A stretch of DNA of 64,000 nucleotides from positions 186,001 to 250,000 of the forward strand of contig AP026148.1 of NCBI GenBank assembly GCA_030295235.1, given 5' to 3'. The notes under the pieces were generated by a model. The model ran no database searches. It was not told the DNA's origin and saw only the letters and a list, made by a program, of their open reading frames with translations. The position numbers and the translations under genes are program-made. The DNA is from Fistulifera solaris (Eukaryota). How positions within the stretch are numbered: position 1 is the first letter of the stretch; every line of letters starts with the position of its first letter. This document shows positions 1-13,993 of the stretch, one piece after another.

Positions 1-1235
1 CGCGGTACATGGGTTCCGTTTTCCCACCTTGCAACCACATTTTGAGCATATATTCGTAGACGGAATCTCCCATGGCCCCGAACGTGAGTTTGTCATTGGC
101 AAAGTGGGGCAACGGGCGTCCGTTGTGGCGAGATTTGACCGGCGTTTTTCCTGGATCACTGAAAAGTAGGGATACAGTCCATTGGGTGTCGACATTTCGT
201 GCAAGACTTCAAAGACATACTCGGTCTTGTCGGCAAATTCGCGTTCTCCGGACATTTTGGACAAGTATCGATTTTCAATTTGAATCGATCCAAATTCCGC
301 TAAAATGGTATTGCCACCCGACCATCCCACGTGTCCTCGTTGACCATTTTTGAGATTGACTTTTCCCGTCGGTAGACCCGTTTGACTTTGATCAAAGGCT
401 TTGATAAGTCGTTTGCCCAAATCAAGGGCATGCTCCAAAAGGTAGCATCCCCACTCCAATCGTAGGCCGACAACAATCCTCCCAAATCCCGAATCGTAGT
501 TTCAAACGTCGAAACACTACCGACATTGTCGTGTGACAAATGATCTCGCACCCAATCCCGTCCTTTCCAAAATTCGTCTTTCATATCCATCAACCACAAG
601 GTATCGAGTGCATCAATTAATGTAATCCCTTGTCCACCCCAATTGTTGGCCGGTTTTTTCGATTGGGGCATGATTTCATCGGCACCAAACGCGTATTGCG
701 TATATCCATTCCACGCGTGTTGCATCGTCTGGCGAATGTGAACCCGCCGCGATCGGGCGACGGCATCGGAAGCGGCCTTGATTTCGTCCGTTATGAGATA
801 GGGTGTCCCGCCCGTAGTATATTCGGTATAACGATGACCGCCGGGCGGCACAAATTGCGTGTGAGCATCGTAATCTTCGGCAACGGGAATCAACGGATAC
901 GGATACAATTGCGTGGGTGGTGTATCGTAGGGATTTGTATTAATCGAAAGAGGTTCCGGTGGAGGTCCATTGACGGCATTCAAATCGACACCCGGAATGG
1001 CTTCCGTCAATAACACTTGTTTAATGACATTGTTGGAAGAGGGCAAATGTCGTTCCCGGAAGACACTGTGTGTTGTAGGAGTTGGAGGAACTGTGAACAG
1101 AAGTAACAACAATCCGATCGACAAGACGACGGCAATGCTGAGCAACAATAGTAAACTCTTGCGCAACAAACTCGCATTGCTCGAGTTGCCGGTTCCGCGC
1201 CTCCGACGCAACGAAGGTGTTCCGGATCGTCTCAT
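1..1235 (-). CDS. Glycoside hydrolase family 47 alpha-1,2-mannosidase, type II membrane protein; 3' part runs off the window
   Basis: N-terminal TM anchor, then GH47 motifs 'MQHAWNGYTQYAFGADEIMP', 'TLIDALDTLWLM', 'STFETTIRDLGGLLSAYD'. Frameshift near 430-440; coding continues to the window edge. Confidence 0.9.
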
Positions 1236-1873
1236 TTTTAGTATAACAGAAAGAACTGTCAAAAGGAATGGTTGTGAATGACAACTCATGCAACTGTTTT
1301 ACTGTCATTTCATCAGCGAGACGTTTGGTTTCGTTGTTCGCGTGCTACCAGCTACCAGTATTATTTCGCTGCTTCGATGACTGCGATGGATCACGCTATT
1401 TCGTGAATCATCAAGTAGACGAGCCGTTATTGTGCAAATAATAGTACTACTAATAATTTTACTTAGAAGAAATCATCGCATTCCCAATTTTTTTTAATGC
1501 AAAACCTGTATAAGTGTCGTTCGGTGATCAAGTTACATCCAAACTAATAATGAACTTATATATTATTCCTAATTTCCTAACGTCAGAATGTAATCTTGAC
1601 ATTCGACTGCATTTTCCATTTTTCATCTCATTTTTTCACATACGGAGTCTTTCTACAACGGTCATGAGATTGTGCACCTTCGAGCAGATGCGACTGTGCA
1701 ATGAAATGTACCTTGGAATGCGAATCTGGTGCCCACGAAAACGATCTTGCCACACACGACAACCAACACTTTGGAACCTTTTTGTTGTTGACATCCAAGG
1801 AACACTATGGTACCAGTACCAGGTATATACCTTTTATCTCTTTTTGTTCTTTCACAACCCACAATCCCTCGTC

Positions 1874-3229
1874 ATGTTGTTTACCTTACGTCAATCCACT
1901 CTGGTAAGTCCGGTATATATGAGAAAAATACTCGTTGTTGCTTCTTTTGTCTGCAACCACACTGTCTCATCGTTTGATTTCGCAGCGCTACGCCCCGGCA
2001 CTTGCCGCTTCGTCTCTATGGCTTGCAAACGATGTTGCGTACGCCCGTGAAGCTGTGGATTTACAAAAAGTACGAGAAGCCATTGTCGATGTCATTGAAT
2101 CAGATGCCGAAAAACGTGGTGACGGCACGAGTTTATACGGAACCATGATTCGTTTGGCGTGGCACTGTTCGGGAACGTACAGCAAACACGACCATTCGGG
2201 TGGTTCCGCCGGAGGGCGCATGCGCTTTGCACCAGAAGCCACTTGGGAAGCGAATGCGGGCCTGAAAGCTGTCGCACAAAAAGCACTCGAACCCGTCAAG
2301 GCCAAGTTTCCCGAATTGTCCTATGCTGATTTGTATACCTATGCCGGTAAGTGAAGAGTGCTTGTCGTCTTTCCTATATTATTATATATACCTCTCCAGT
2401 CGCTCATCCAGTTTCACAGGCGTCGTGGCCGTCGAAGAAACGGGAGGACCTAAGATTCCCTTCCGGGTGGGACGTTCCGATGATACCGATGGATCAACAT
2501 CCCCTCCGGATGGAAGATTGCCCGATGCCGACAAAGGATCGCATGTAGCGACGAGACAACATATTCGGGATATTTTCTATCGCATGGGTGCGTCGTCAAA
2601 AAGTTCGATTTTGTCGTGAACGTCTCTGATACGATTCACATTTATGTCTCTCATCGCACTCGCTTGTCTCTACTACATAGGTTTCAATGATCAAGAAATT
2701 GTCGCGTTGAGCGGGGCCCACGCCATGGGTCGTTGTCACACGGATCGGTCGGGATATTGGGGACCGTGGACCAACGCTGAAAATACGTTTTCGAATGAAT
2801 ACTTTCGTCTCTTGGTGGAAGAACGTTGGAGTCCCAAGGTTACCCACAATGGGAAACCGTGGGAGGGACCGGATCAGTACGAGAATGCGGCGGGGAATCT
2901 CATGATGTTGCCTAGGTACGTTAGGGGGGAAAAGGAAAGTGCTCAAGTTGTGGATGCATCGATCAGGTACTGAATGGCTGCTTTCAACAGTGACATTGCT
3001 CTCATTGCGGATCCGGAATTCAAAAAGTGGGTGGAAGGTAAGTGACTATATGCGTTCGCGGATAAAGTTATTACTCCACGTGCAGAACCTTTTCTTATTT
3101 CAAAGTGTTTTTGCAGCCTATGCCAAGGACGAAAACCTCTTTTTCCGTCACTTTTCGAAAGCGTTTTCGAAATTGCTTGAACTTGGAGTCCCTTTCAAAT
3201 CGGCAGACCCGTGGTACAAGTTCTGGTAA
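1874..3229 (+). CDS. Class I heme peroxidase (cytochrome c peroxidase/ascorbate peroxidase family), multi-exon
   Basis: Motifs '[11 protein letters not shown]', 'SYADLYT', 'GRLPDA', '[15 protein letters not shown]', 'FSNEYF', 'FSKLLELGV' spread over exons with GT-AG introns (e.g. 1904-1985). Confidence 0.92.
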
Positions 3230-3351
3230 TACAAAGCAGAATCAGGCAACAACATTATTTAACATTAGGACGATACTAGGATATATACATATATAATAGG
3301 AAAATCAAATCAACATGATGTCACACTTATACATTCATAAAACTTTTTCAA

Positions 3352-6300
3352 TTAATCATCCATTGTGATGTCTGTTTCCTCCAACGCTGGAGCCCCCTTG
3401 TTCGCTGCTAAAGCTTCGCACTGGAGTTGCGCTGCTGTTACTTCCTCGACAAGGTCAGCGTCATCGCATTCTTCTTCAAGTTTGTTGATGATCTTTTCCA
3501 TGGCTTTCTCGTACAGGTGGCGGATTTTGGTTTCGGCTCGGAAGTAGGCAGCTCGGTTCTGCAGATCAGACTTGAGTTGTTGGTTTTGCGCTTGCCATTT
3601 CTTCAGGTTCTCGGCCATCTTGGTGTTGTGGGATGCCAAGTTGAGCTTTTGCTTCTCCATGGAATCCAAGGAGGCACCAGCCGACGCATTGGCTTCAATG
3701 AGACGTGAGTTCTGATCTTTCATTTCTTTCATTTCCTCTTTCATCTCATCGGTACGGTCACGGAGCTTCTTATTCTCCTTCTTGAGGTATGAAATGATCT
3801 TGTCTCCTTCTTCGGCCTTCTTTTGTTGGCCTCAATCTCGTCGACTCCAACCTCGGCACCTTGAGCAAGGAGGGCATCCAATCCCTTCTGGAGCTCGGCC
3901 TTTTCGCTCTCAAGTTCTTGCACTTCTTCCTCGGCATCTTGGATCTTTGACTCGTTCTCCTCCTTTGCCTCTTTGAGATGCTTCTCAAGTTTCTTGATCT
4001 TCTTCTCAAGTTTCCTTAGTGCAGCCTGAGCCTCTTCTTCTTCGCGTTGACGAGCTTCCTCGATTTCTCGTTCGCGCTTCTTGCGAGCCATTTCTTCGAG
4101 GCGTTCGCGTTCTTTTCGTTCCTCTTCCTTTCGTCGAGCTTCTTCCTCGGCCTTCCTCTTGGCCTCTTCGGCGCGACGCTTGCGGAGCTCGGCTTCGGCT
4201 TTCTCTATGGCAGCCTTCTTCTTGCGCGCTTCTTCCTCACGCTTCTTGCGCTCTTCCTCTTCTTTCTCTCGAATGCGATCGCCCTTCGACTTTCGGACAA
4301 TGTATCCACGAGCGACACGCTGAATGTGAATCGCTGGGGCATCCAATCCATTCTCAAGGCGGTTGGCTTCCAAAAATTCCAAAGCTCCGGCGCGGAAGTA
4401 AGTGCGAGTGCGTCCGACCACAAAAGCTTTCACCACCTTTCCATTCACGGTCTCTTCTTTCGACTTCAAAGCACAAGTCATAATGGCTTCAATATCGGCT
4501 CGTGCACCTTGATCAGGAGTCATGTCGGCGTTTCGCTTCGACGGGAAGGCCTTATTATCCCACATGTTGGAATATCGGAATCGGGTGACAGCATTGTCGA
4601 GACGGTTGGGGAACGCCGAACGCGATAGAGTCACAGCTGCCACGACACCCGCGCAACGAAGCTGTTCCACAGTGGCCAAATGATCCATCAATACCGGTTT
4701 CTTGACCATGTTGGGCTTGATGCAGCGAATGTAGCGCGAGTTGGTCTTTCGCAAGTTGGCCATGAGAGAATGGAGTTGGTTTTTGTATTTTCCCCAAGCG
4801 GTCTCTCCGACCAAGTTACTTTTTTGGCGCTTGACACCACCTTTGCCCCCCTACCGTGGTGGTCACAACGTCGACCTTCTCGGAGATGATCGAGTTGGTC
4901 GAAGATTTGCACAATTCTTCCAAGTCGGTCGGCAGTGTGTCGGTGTTGCTGTTCACAAACTGGTCGGCGTCGTACAACACCTTTCCGGCGTAGTGGTGAA
5001 TACCGAATGACATGCGGTTCAACTTGTTGACGATCAAGCACGGAGACTTTTCGTTGATTTTCAAGGCCTTTTGCACAAAGTCTTGGTCGTTACCTCCGGG
5101 ACGGACGCATTCTTCGTTCAACATGGCCAGGAGACCGGTGCGGCCTTCAATCAGATCGAGCACGTCGGTGTTGTCATCGTACATGATCTCGGCCAACTCA
5201 ATGCCCTCGGATTCGTATTCTTCCTGAACGGAGCGGAAAATGTCTTCGGTGAATTTCTGCTGCAATTTCTCGTTCGCGTAGTTAATGCAAAGCTGCTCGA
5301 AGCGATTGACGGGGAACGACTCGAAACCGAAAATATCGAGTAGACCAATGATACCAAAGTTCGCCATGGAACCACCCTTGTAGTTGTCTTCGGCGGCAGT
5401 GGCGGCGTTGATCTGTCGGACGAGCCACAAAAAGACGTTGCCGTACATTTCCTTGGCCAAAGCATCGGCGGCATCTTTCGAGGCAATCGGATTGAGCGGC
5501 ACCTTGTAGGTTTCGTTCTTGGTCTTCATCGTACGCTCCGTGAAGGCCTTGGAGCAGGTCGTCGCATCGATACCGATCAATCCCGCCAAGTCGTCGAGTT
5601 CCATTTTCGAGACGACTTCGGCCTTGTCCTTGTCACCGCCGAGCGGAGCAAAGGTGAGGTTACCGCACAACATGACGGCAATGATCGCGCGCATCATTTC
5701 TTTGAGCGTATCGCCTTTCACGTTGACCAATCCTAAAGTCTTGACGGTGTGTTCATAGTGTTGCGCATCCGTCAGGCCTTCAATCTTATCAATGCACGGC
5801 TTGCCAATGTATTTGAAGGAATCGGCCGTCATGTTGGACAATTTGCTCCAGAACTGTCCCTTTTCACTGCTGGACGCCGCCAATAGCTGATAGAAGATAT
5901 GGTAGGTACGTTCTTCGGGGTCGTGTCCGACAATGCGGGGTTTCTCGAGCAAGTAGACATCGCACTTGGAACCGGCGAGTTTGCATTTGGATTCGGTCTT
6001 GTTGCCGAGCGCCATAAGTTTGGCTTCGCTCGTGTCGAATTGCAACTGCAAGTATTTACCGAATCGCGACGAGTTGTCGTTGCGACGTGTCTTGGCATTA
6101 CCAAAAGCTTCGAGGAGAGGATTCGATTCGACGACACGCGCAACGACGGGGTCGAGTTCTTGTCCGGATCTGGCCGCAGGTCCCGCTTGCACACTGGCCA
6201 TGTGATTCATGGCAATCTTGACCGTTTCGGTTTTTCCGGCACCGGATTCTCCAGACACCAAAATGGACTGATCTTCACCACCAAAGGCGAGGCCTTTGTA

Positions 6301-6997
6301 GGAAAGAGCCGACACTTCGTAAACGTGCGGTTCGAGACCTTCTCGCGGATCTTTCTTGGTGTCCGCCCAAACAATCTTTTGCGAATAATAGACGCGCTTT
6401 TCTTCCGTGTAAAGATGATTGAACCACTGGAAGGGATTGACGGCAATAATGATATCTCCCGTGCGTGTGTAAGGTTGACCGTCTTTGTGACGTTCTTTCA
6501 AGTTGTACAAGATACCGGCCTGTTGGGAGGAGGAGTAGGAGAAGGAGGAGGAGGAGAGCGAGAAGAAGAAGTTGAGATGCCGAGTGTAACGTCCTATAAA
6601 GAGAAAAGCACTCTGTCGAGAGACGTACCTCGTGCAAATAAGAAAGCGAAATCATATCCGAGTAAAGGCACAGATTGCCATTTCCGTCAACATTCTGCAA
6701 GGGCAACACTTTGTGGGGATATTCCTTCAAGTTGACGACAACCGAGGTTGTTCCTTTGGCGGATCTTCCACCATCAGAAACAATGGATTGCTGATCTTTG
6801 TATTCAAAGACTTTGACGGTAGCTTTGTCTCCCTCTGAAGGATGGAAAAAAGAAAGGAAATGAGAAAGAGGGCGAACGAGTCATTAAGAGCACGCACGCT
6901 CATCTCAGCAGTTCGTACCTTGCTTTTCCAAAACACCAGGAACCCAAGCATATTCGGGATGTTTGATATAAACGAGCGATTCTTTCTTTTCCGCCAT
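3352..6997 (-). CDS. Myosin heavy chain (diatom-type: motor, 1 IQ, ER/K helix, coiled-coil tail), copy 1
   Basis: P-loop GESGAGKT, switch I NDNSSRFGK, switch II DIFGFE, 'YIRCIKPN', IQ 'IQRVARGY'. Two 5' introns; single-base frameshifts near 4850 and 3830. Confidence 0.95.
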
Positions 6998-8825
6998 GAT
7001 TGTTTGGTAGATAGATTAATAATGGAAGTCACTCTTGACAAATAATGAAGGAGTGACTGTCTGTTTGGAGAAGAAAATGAAATGTTATGATTATTTGTGT
7101 TTTTTTTTTGGGGTTTTCGTCGCTTGGTAGGATTTGTTTGTGCCAGAAAGACCCAAGATTGCCTCCCAAGATTCAACTGTTTGGGCAATACTTCTCGTAA
7201 AGTCCCATCGAAAGATCTTGCTCTCAGAATTAACATGTACCCCAAAGATTGGGTCATTGTGACTCTTTTCCTGAAATCCTTATCCTTTGTGATGATACAA
7301 GAGGATTTTGGCATCCAGCCAAAAAATAATGAGACCAAAAGTTGATGTGATTCGGACCGCACAGCCACAGCAGGGGCATCGCCCTTCAAAAAGACAATAT
7401 CAAGAAAGGTATTGTTAGTAAGAGCAAACCAAAACAGACCCTAAAGACATGTAAGTGTTGTCATGTAGCTCAGGAAGCAACCATGATACTAATCATTGAC
7501 TTTCTGTAGCAACCGCAACAACATCACAAAATTCATGCCGAGGCTATCTATAGAATCTACAACAATCACAGTGATTTCTGATTACAATCAACTACACCTA
7601 TGATAGCATTTGGCACAGTGGTGATTAATATCTTGCTCGATTCATTTCAAACCGTTCCTAAAGGCTAGAAAGTAGGGAGTTCGACAGCACTCGCTGTGCC
7701 GATCAAATCATCAAAGATCATCATTCCAATTTGTTGAGCCGCATCATAACATTTAAACCACGATCTGTCAAGCTTCGATTTCATGACACGTCGAACGGCT
7801 ATATATCCAGAGAGAATATCTTCCACCTCGAGTTTCGACGGTGCTCGACGGACTGTTGTTTGACTCCAAGTGTATTATCGACCAGTCACGACAATAAAAC
7901 GAATCAAAAGGTTGCCATGGAGTTTTACAGTGCTGAGGTAAAAAAAACTCTTATTCAAATCTCGAATCTTGCAACTAGTTTCTGGATGCCCCGACTGTCT
8001 CGTCAGCACAGTTACAAATGATTTTTTGCCTCATGGACGCCTTTTTAACAAATAACGCCGTATCAGGACACCTACCTCGTAGTCAGAAGATACGGCCATC
8101 TTGTCTGATTTGTGTAGTTACTACGATTGTCGGAGTTGCTGCAATTTCGCACTTCTCTCTTGACGTTGGTCGTCGTTTGAACGTCTGGTGGGAATCATCA
8201 TGGACGCCTTGGCCGAGCAAAACGGATCGATAGAAGATACCTGGCAAGATAGCTCGTTCACATCACGACCATTCCAATGTGACCCGAGGTGCGACACCCG
8301 TGCTTCGTCTTTTATCTTATAAACAGCTGGAATGAAATCATTGCCTGGCGGCTGGCGGAGATGATGCAACAAACCTCGGTCCGACGACAAGAAAAGCGTC
8401 GGTCAAAAAAAAAGATACCTTGTGCGTTTGGTCGCATCCAAGACAGACAGCCTGTCATAGAAACACTGTACGTCATAAGGCAGGTCTTGCGAAGGGCTCT
8501 AGTATCCTTGCCGATGTAGGAGAATGACTTTTTCTAGTCTTCATCCAAGTGTGAAATATCGTTCTTTGCGTCACAATTGTTAGCGCCCCCGCGCACCCGA
8601 CTTCACGTCAAAACTGTGGCGATCGGATTTTGTATCACACATAATGTAGAAGTCATTCCCGTCCTCATGCCATGCCAAAAGGGTCATTCTCAAAGCAAAG
8701 ATCTGCAACAAAAACATCGACAACAACAACAAGTCGGTGAATGGCATTGTGCAACAACAACAACATCCACCCATTCTTGTTCCGATTCACTTCAGAAAGA
8801 AACAAAGTTACAAACAATCGTTAAA

Positions 8826-11800
8826 ATGGGAGGAAAAGACGAGAATGCAACGTCCCATGTCTTTGTAATTGACCCGCAATATGGTTGGAGACCGGCCATT
8901 CAGGAGGGAGCGTAAGTTTTGTCTGCAGGATTTGGCTGGCTGAAAAAGCTCGGGGTATTCCCCCATGTGACCTATGTATTCACTGCAACACTCACACAAC
9001 GCTTGCTGGTTTGTCTTTGAACAGACCCAAAATGGCAAGGCACTCGTCTCCATTCCGGAATACAAAAGCGAAGACTCGATGGATTGTGACGGTGGCCGTG
9101 CTGCCAAGAAAGGAGAACAAATCTACATTAGCATGAAAGAGTATCCCTTCGGAGTGCTTCCTTTGGCGAATGTCGATGTGAACGGAAATTTGGTGGAGTT
9201 TGCGGATATGGTCAAACTCCCTTATCTTCATGAGGTTCGTTGAATTGTGCTTTGTTGGCTTATTCCTTTGCTTATTTTGTACTGACCAGCTTTATATAAC
9301 TTGACAGGCTGCTATTCTTTACAATCTTAAACGACGTCATCGTGAAGGCAAGCCGTACACTCGTACCGGTGACATTATCATTGCGGTCAACCCCTTCCAG
9401 TGGCTTACCCATCTCTACACGGAAAAGAAACGTTCGTACTACTCGAACCGTCTCGTTTGGGAACAAACGGACAAGGATCCTCGGGATGGCATGGAACCTC
9501 ACGTCTACGAGGTATCGGCACTCGCCTACAAAGGATTGGCCTTCGGCAACGTCGACCAGTCTATCTTGGTTTCGGGTGAATCCGGAGCTGGAAAGACCGA
9601 GACGGTTAAGATTGCCATGAACCACATGGCCTCGGTACAGCAAGGACCCAAATCGGAAGCCGATGCAGATATCGCCCAACTCGATCCGGTCGTCGATCGT
9701 GTCGTGCAGTCCAACCCTCTCTTGGAAGCATTCGGAAACGCCAAGACGCTCCGTAACGACAACTCCTCGCGTTTCGGAAAATACTTGCAGTTGCAGTTCG
9801 ACAACAGCTCCGCCGGAGCTGTTCCTTCTACACCCGTTCGACTTGCAAGTTGGTCGGCAGCAAGTGCGAGGTCTACCTTTTGGAAAAGAATCGCGTGACA
9901 CAGCACACGGAGATGGAGCGTACCTACCACGTCTTCTACCAGTTGTTGGCGGCTCCCGACAAACAAAAGTATTGGCCGAAACTCGCGGGCAAGCGAAATG
10001 AAGACTTCAAATACGTTGGCAAGTCGAGCACAACGAAGATTGAGGACATGACCGATGAAGAACACTATCACCACACGGTCAAGGTCCTCCGCATGGTAGG
10101 AGTGGACGATAACATGCTCAAGGAACTCTTTGTTGCCATTGCCATTGTTTTGCAATGCGGTAACCTCGTGTTTGGTGCCAAGGGAGGCGATCGTGACAAG
10201 TCCGAAGTCACTACGCGTACGGAAATCAAGGACCTCGCTGAGTTGCTTGGCGTGGATGATGCGGTGTGCGAGATGGCATTCACGGAACGTACCATGAAGA
10301 CACGCAGTGAAACGTACAAGGTGCCCTTGAAAACGGACGCGGCCAAAGAAGCAGCTGATTCCTTTGCCAAGGAGGTGTATGGCAAGATCTTCTTGTGGGT
10401 TGTGGACCAAGTCAACTCGGCCACCAATGCCGAAACAAACTATCAAGGCGGCGGACGCGACGATTTCGGAATTATTGGTCTTCTCGATATCTTTGGTTTC
10501 GAATCCTTCAAGGTCAACCGCTTCGAACAGCTTTGCATTAACTACGCGAACGAGAAATTGCAGCAGAAGTTCACCGAAGATGTATTCCGCGCTGTCCAAG
10601 AAGAGTACGAATCCGAGGGTATTGAGCTGGCTGAAATTACTTACGATGACAACACCGATGTGCTTGACCTCATTGAAGGCCGTGGAGGTCTTCTTGCCAT
10701 GCTTAACGAAGAATGTGTTCGTCCCGGAGGTAACGACCAGGACTTTGTTCAAAAGGCTTTGATGGCTAACAAGACTTCGCCCTGCCTAATCGTCAACAGG
10801 ACCGATCGCATGTCTTTCGGTGTTCACCACTACGCCGGAAAAGTCATGTACGACGCTGACAAGTTCGTTTCAAGCAATCAGGATACTCTTCCTACGGATT
10901 TGGAGGAGCTTGGCAAGGCCTCAGCGAACAGCATTGTTTCTAGAACGGAGGCGGCAGATACATCCGGCAAGCCGAAGCGCCAAAAGTCGAATATTGTTGG
11001 TCAAACTATCTGGGGCAAGTACAAGACTCAGTTGTCGTCCCTAATGACTAACTTGCGCACCACAAGCTCCCGCTACATTCGATGCATCAAACCCAACATG
11101 CGTAAGGTCCCCGTTGCCATGGAGCACGTCCCAACTATCGAGCAATTGCGGTGCGCTGGTGTTGTCGCCGCCGTTACTCTGGCCCGTTCTGCGTTCCCCA
11201 ACCGTTTGGACAACCAAGCTGTGAAATTCCGTTACAACTCTATGTGGGACAAGAATGCCTTCCCATCGAAGCAAACCAACAACATGACCAAGGAGCAGCA
11301 GGCGAAATGCATTGCTGAAGCTATCTTGACATGTGCTTTGAAAGAAAAGGAAACGAAGAACAAAGAAGGAAAGATTGTTCGACAGTTTGTCGTTGGTCAC
11401 ACAAAGAGTTACTTCCGTGCCGGTGCGTTGGAATACCTTGAATCCAATCGCTCGACTGGTCTGGATGCGCAGGCCACTACGATCCAAAAGTACATGCGTG
11501 GTGCCGTTACACGTATGAGACTCAGGGACATGGTAGAAGGCGCCGCTAAACGAGAACGTGAAGCGCGCTTGGCCAAGGAAAAAGCCCAACGCGAGGCTCA
11601 AGAGAAAGCGGAACGCGAGGCGCGCGAGGCTCGGGAGAAGTTTGAACGAGAAAAGGCCGAACGCGAGAAGGCCCGTGCGGAAGCCAATCAGAAGTACCTA
11701 GACCAAATTGCAAAACTTGAAAATGATTTGAAATTTGAAGAAAGCGAGGGAAAACGACGACTGAAGAATGCGGCCGACAGAAAGACGGAGATACAAAACC

Positions 11801-12345
11801 AGATTGCATCGCTGAAAGAGCAGACAAGCGAAGACGCTAAACGAAAAATATTGGAACCGAAAAAGATTGTCGCTCAGCAAAAGAAAAAGGTGGCAGAACA
11901 AGCCAAAATGATTGATTTCCTGAAGAAGGAGAACAAGAAGATTCGTAAGGAACACGACAAGGTCCAGCAGAAGTACGATGTCGTGGCCGAAAACAACGAA
12001 AAGTTGTTGAAAGCTAGTGATATTGCCGGTGATGACTTTGACAAGAAGGAAGAGCAGATGAGCAAGGTTGATAGCAAGAACAAAACGCTCTCGGATACTT
12101 TGAATGAGGCAAAGTCGTTGAACGCTCAATTGAAGGACGAGTGCATGGCTAAACAAGATGCGTACATGTCTCAAGCAGAAACGCGTCTCGAGTATCAGAA
12201 GACCATGGCACGAATCTTGAATATGATCCAGGACTCCAGTGTCGAAGCCCAGCTTATCGAGGAGACCGTGTGTTGGGCTTTGGAAGCCGAGTCAGAATCC
12301 AAAACGATCATGGCAGCACTTGAAGCTGAAACAGCCATGATGTAG
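8826..12345 (+). CDS. Myosin heavy chain (diatom-type), copy 2
   Basis: GESGAGKT, NDNSSRFGK, DIFGFE, YIRCIKPN, IQ 'IQKYMRG', coiled-coil tail. Introns after exon 1 (~8912) and at LHE|AAIL; frameshift near 9830. Confidence 0.95.
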
Positions 12346-12756
12346 AACTTTTGTGTCGCACTTAGTAGTTTAAACAGAAATATGAAATAAGAAAAGAATC
12401 TTTGCAATCAGCGTTAAGTCGTTCACTTTCCATTAAGGTACCGGGAGCTCTAGGTTAATCCTTGCTTTGTCTTTGCCAGGGCAATGAAGTTTTTTACCTG
12501 AAGCACCAACAATGACAACCATTCGCTAGCACGTCTTTCGCAATCCATTGAGGATTGGGTGCGAGTGAGAAACCATATGTTCGATGCTTAATAGTCTGTT
12601 TAATCATCAATTGTCGGAAAGCACATTGGCACCTGAACACAAGAGCTACTGTCATGGCTCTTCTAGCCTATTTACCTAGTTCTAAGTTTCATATTCCAAA
12701 TTCCAAGTTCCGTATCCCAATTTCCAAAATCATAACCCTAACTCTACTATTCATTC

Positions 12757-13593
12757 TTATTGATTCAAAACACTATGGGACCGTATGTGTTGAATACGTT
12801 GTGGATGTCGTTCGCAATGATGTCGAACCGCTTGTTGAGCGGCTTCAAAAAACCCTCCAATCCCATCATTGCGGTTCCAATGCCATTGTTGCATGCCTTC
12901 CATAATACAATCTACGTTAAAAGGCTCTTGTGGATCCCAACCATCCAGCGTAGGCCAGCGAGCAAGCGACAACTCCATCTTTTCAGCCCGCAATCGACTT
13001 CTGTTTGGTTGAACGCGGCGATCAATGAGCATACCGACAATCATTACACGAGGTGGAGGCTTGAGAGGATCTAAAGCGCGGGGTGCATCCGGAGATAAAT
13101 AAACTGCTTGATTGTTGACGAAAGTGTCTAAGGACCGCTCGGAAACTGAGACACGATCTGGTAAAGCGTCATGGGGCCAAATTTCGAGAAGACGAGAGAG
13201 GAGCGCATCAGGGTCAGGGCATGCGACAACTTTGACAAATACTTTGGGAGCATTCTGTGAGGAATCTTGCCACTGCAGAAAATTAACAAGCTGCTTGGCA
13301 ATAGCATTAAGCCGCTCTTTACGAGGACGCTCTTCACGGGGCAATCCGTAACCCATATCACACAAAAATAAAGGAGCATCTTCTTCTTTGGAAATATGAA
13401 GGCTTCGCGTTAGTGTGCCCGTTAAGTCATCCAGATCATTGTTGGCAACTTCGTGCATTTCCCTTGTAACGATCAAATTGCTCTCTACTTCGTGCCGTGA
13501 TGTTTGAGATGCGTACGAAGAGGGTGAATGTCGGCCGCATAAGTCATCCCCTTCTTGAGATGAGCAACCACTATCATTATCAACATTCTCCAT
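12757..13593 (-). CDS. SPOUT-family (Trm10-like) RNA methyltransferase
   Basis: 'VYLSPDA..L...' followed by 'VMIVGMLIDR' and 'ARWP' resembles the Trm10 SAM-binding motifs (YLT/SxD...IGGxxD...AxLP). Confidence 0.7.
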   Translation of the reverse strand: MENVDNDSGCSSQEGDDLCGRHSPSSYASQTSRHEVESNLIVTREMHEVANNDLDDLTGTLTRSLHISKEEDAPLFLCDMGYGLPREERPRKERLNAIAKQLVNFLQWQDSSQNAPKVFVKVVACPDPDALLSRLLEIWPHDALPDRVSVSERSLDTFVNNQAVYLSPDAPRALDPLKPPPRVMIVGMLIDRRVQPNRSRLRAEKMELSLARWPTLDGWDPQEPFNVDCIMEGMQQWHWNRNDGIGGFFEAAQQAVRHHCERHPQRIQHIRSHSVLNQ

Positions 13594-13993
13594 TAACTCT
13601 TTGCATGTAAAGTCTATAAATGAAACGACAGAAAAGTGTTGTCTTCGAATTAATAACGAAGTTCGCGTCGCGGACGCTGCTGCGCAATAAGAATGGCATG
13701 ACGCACGACGCTTGACTAAAAATCAGTCGTGGGCCAGAGGATGATGATGCTTCATGTACCGTACCTGGTATTGTAAGTCCAAAACACAAAACATTGTTCA
13801 TGACTCCTCATGACTCACCACCTCATCGAAACGTCCGATGGTTCCAATGTCCCACCACCACATTAGACAATGTACTTGAAACAGTACCTGGTTGGCCTGG
13901 ACCCATTATGAACCCTTCGCTGGACCCATCATATCACAAACAAATACAAACATTACAATTCAAAAAAGAACATTATTGATTCAGCAGAAAACC

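Noticed and set aside
6525..6575. GGA/GAA purine-rich repeat
   Set aside because: This is the pyrimidine-rich interior of a minus-strand myosin intron.
9526..10752. 408-aa antisense ORF, and similar ones at 21066-22307, 5899-6735 and 39125-39925
   Set aside because: Shadow ORFs opposite genuine, codon-biased myosin and nucleolin exons; no independent domain signal.
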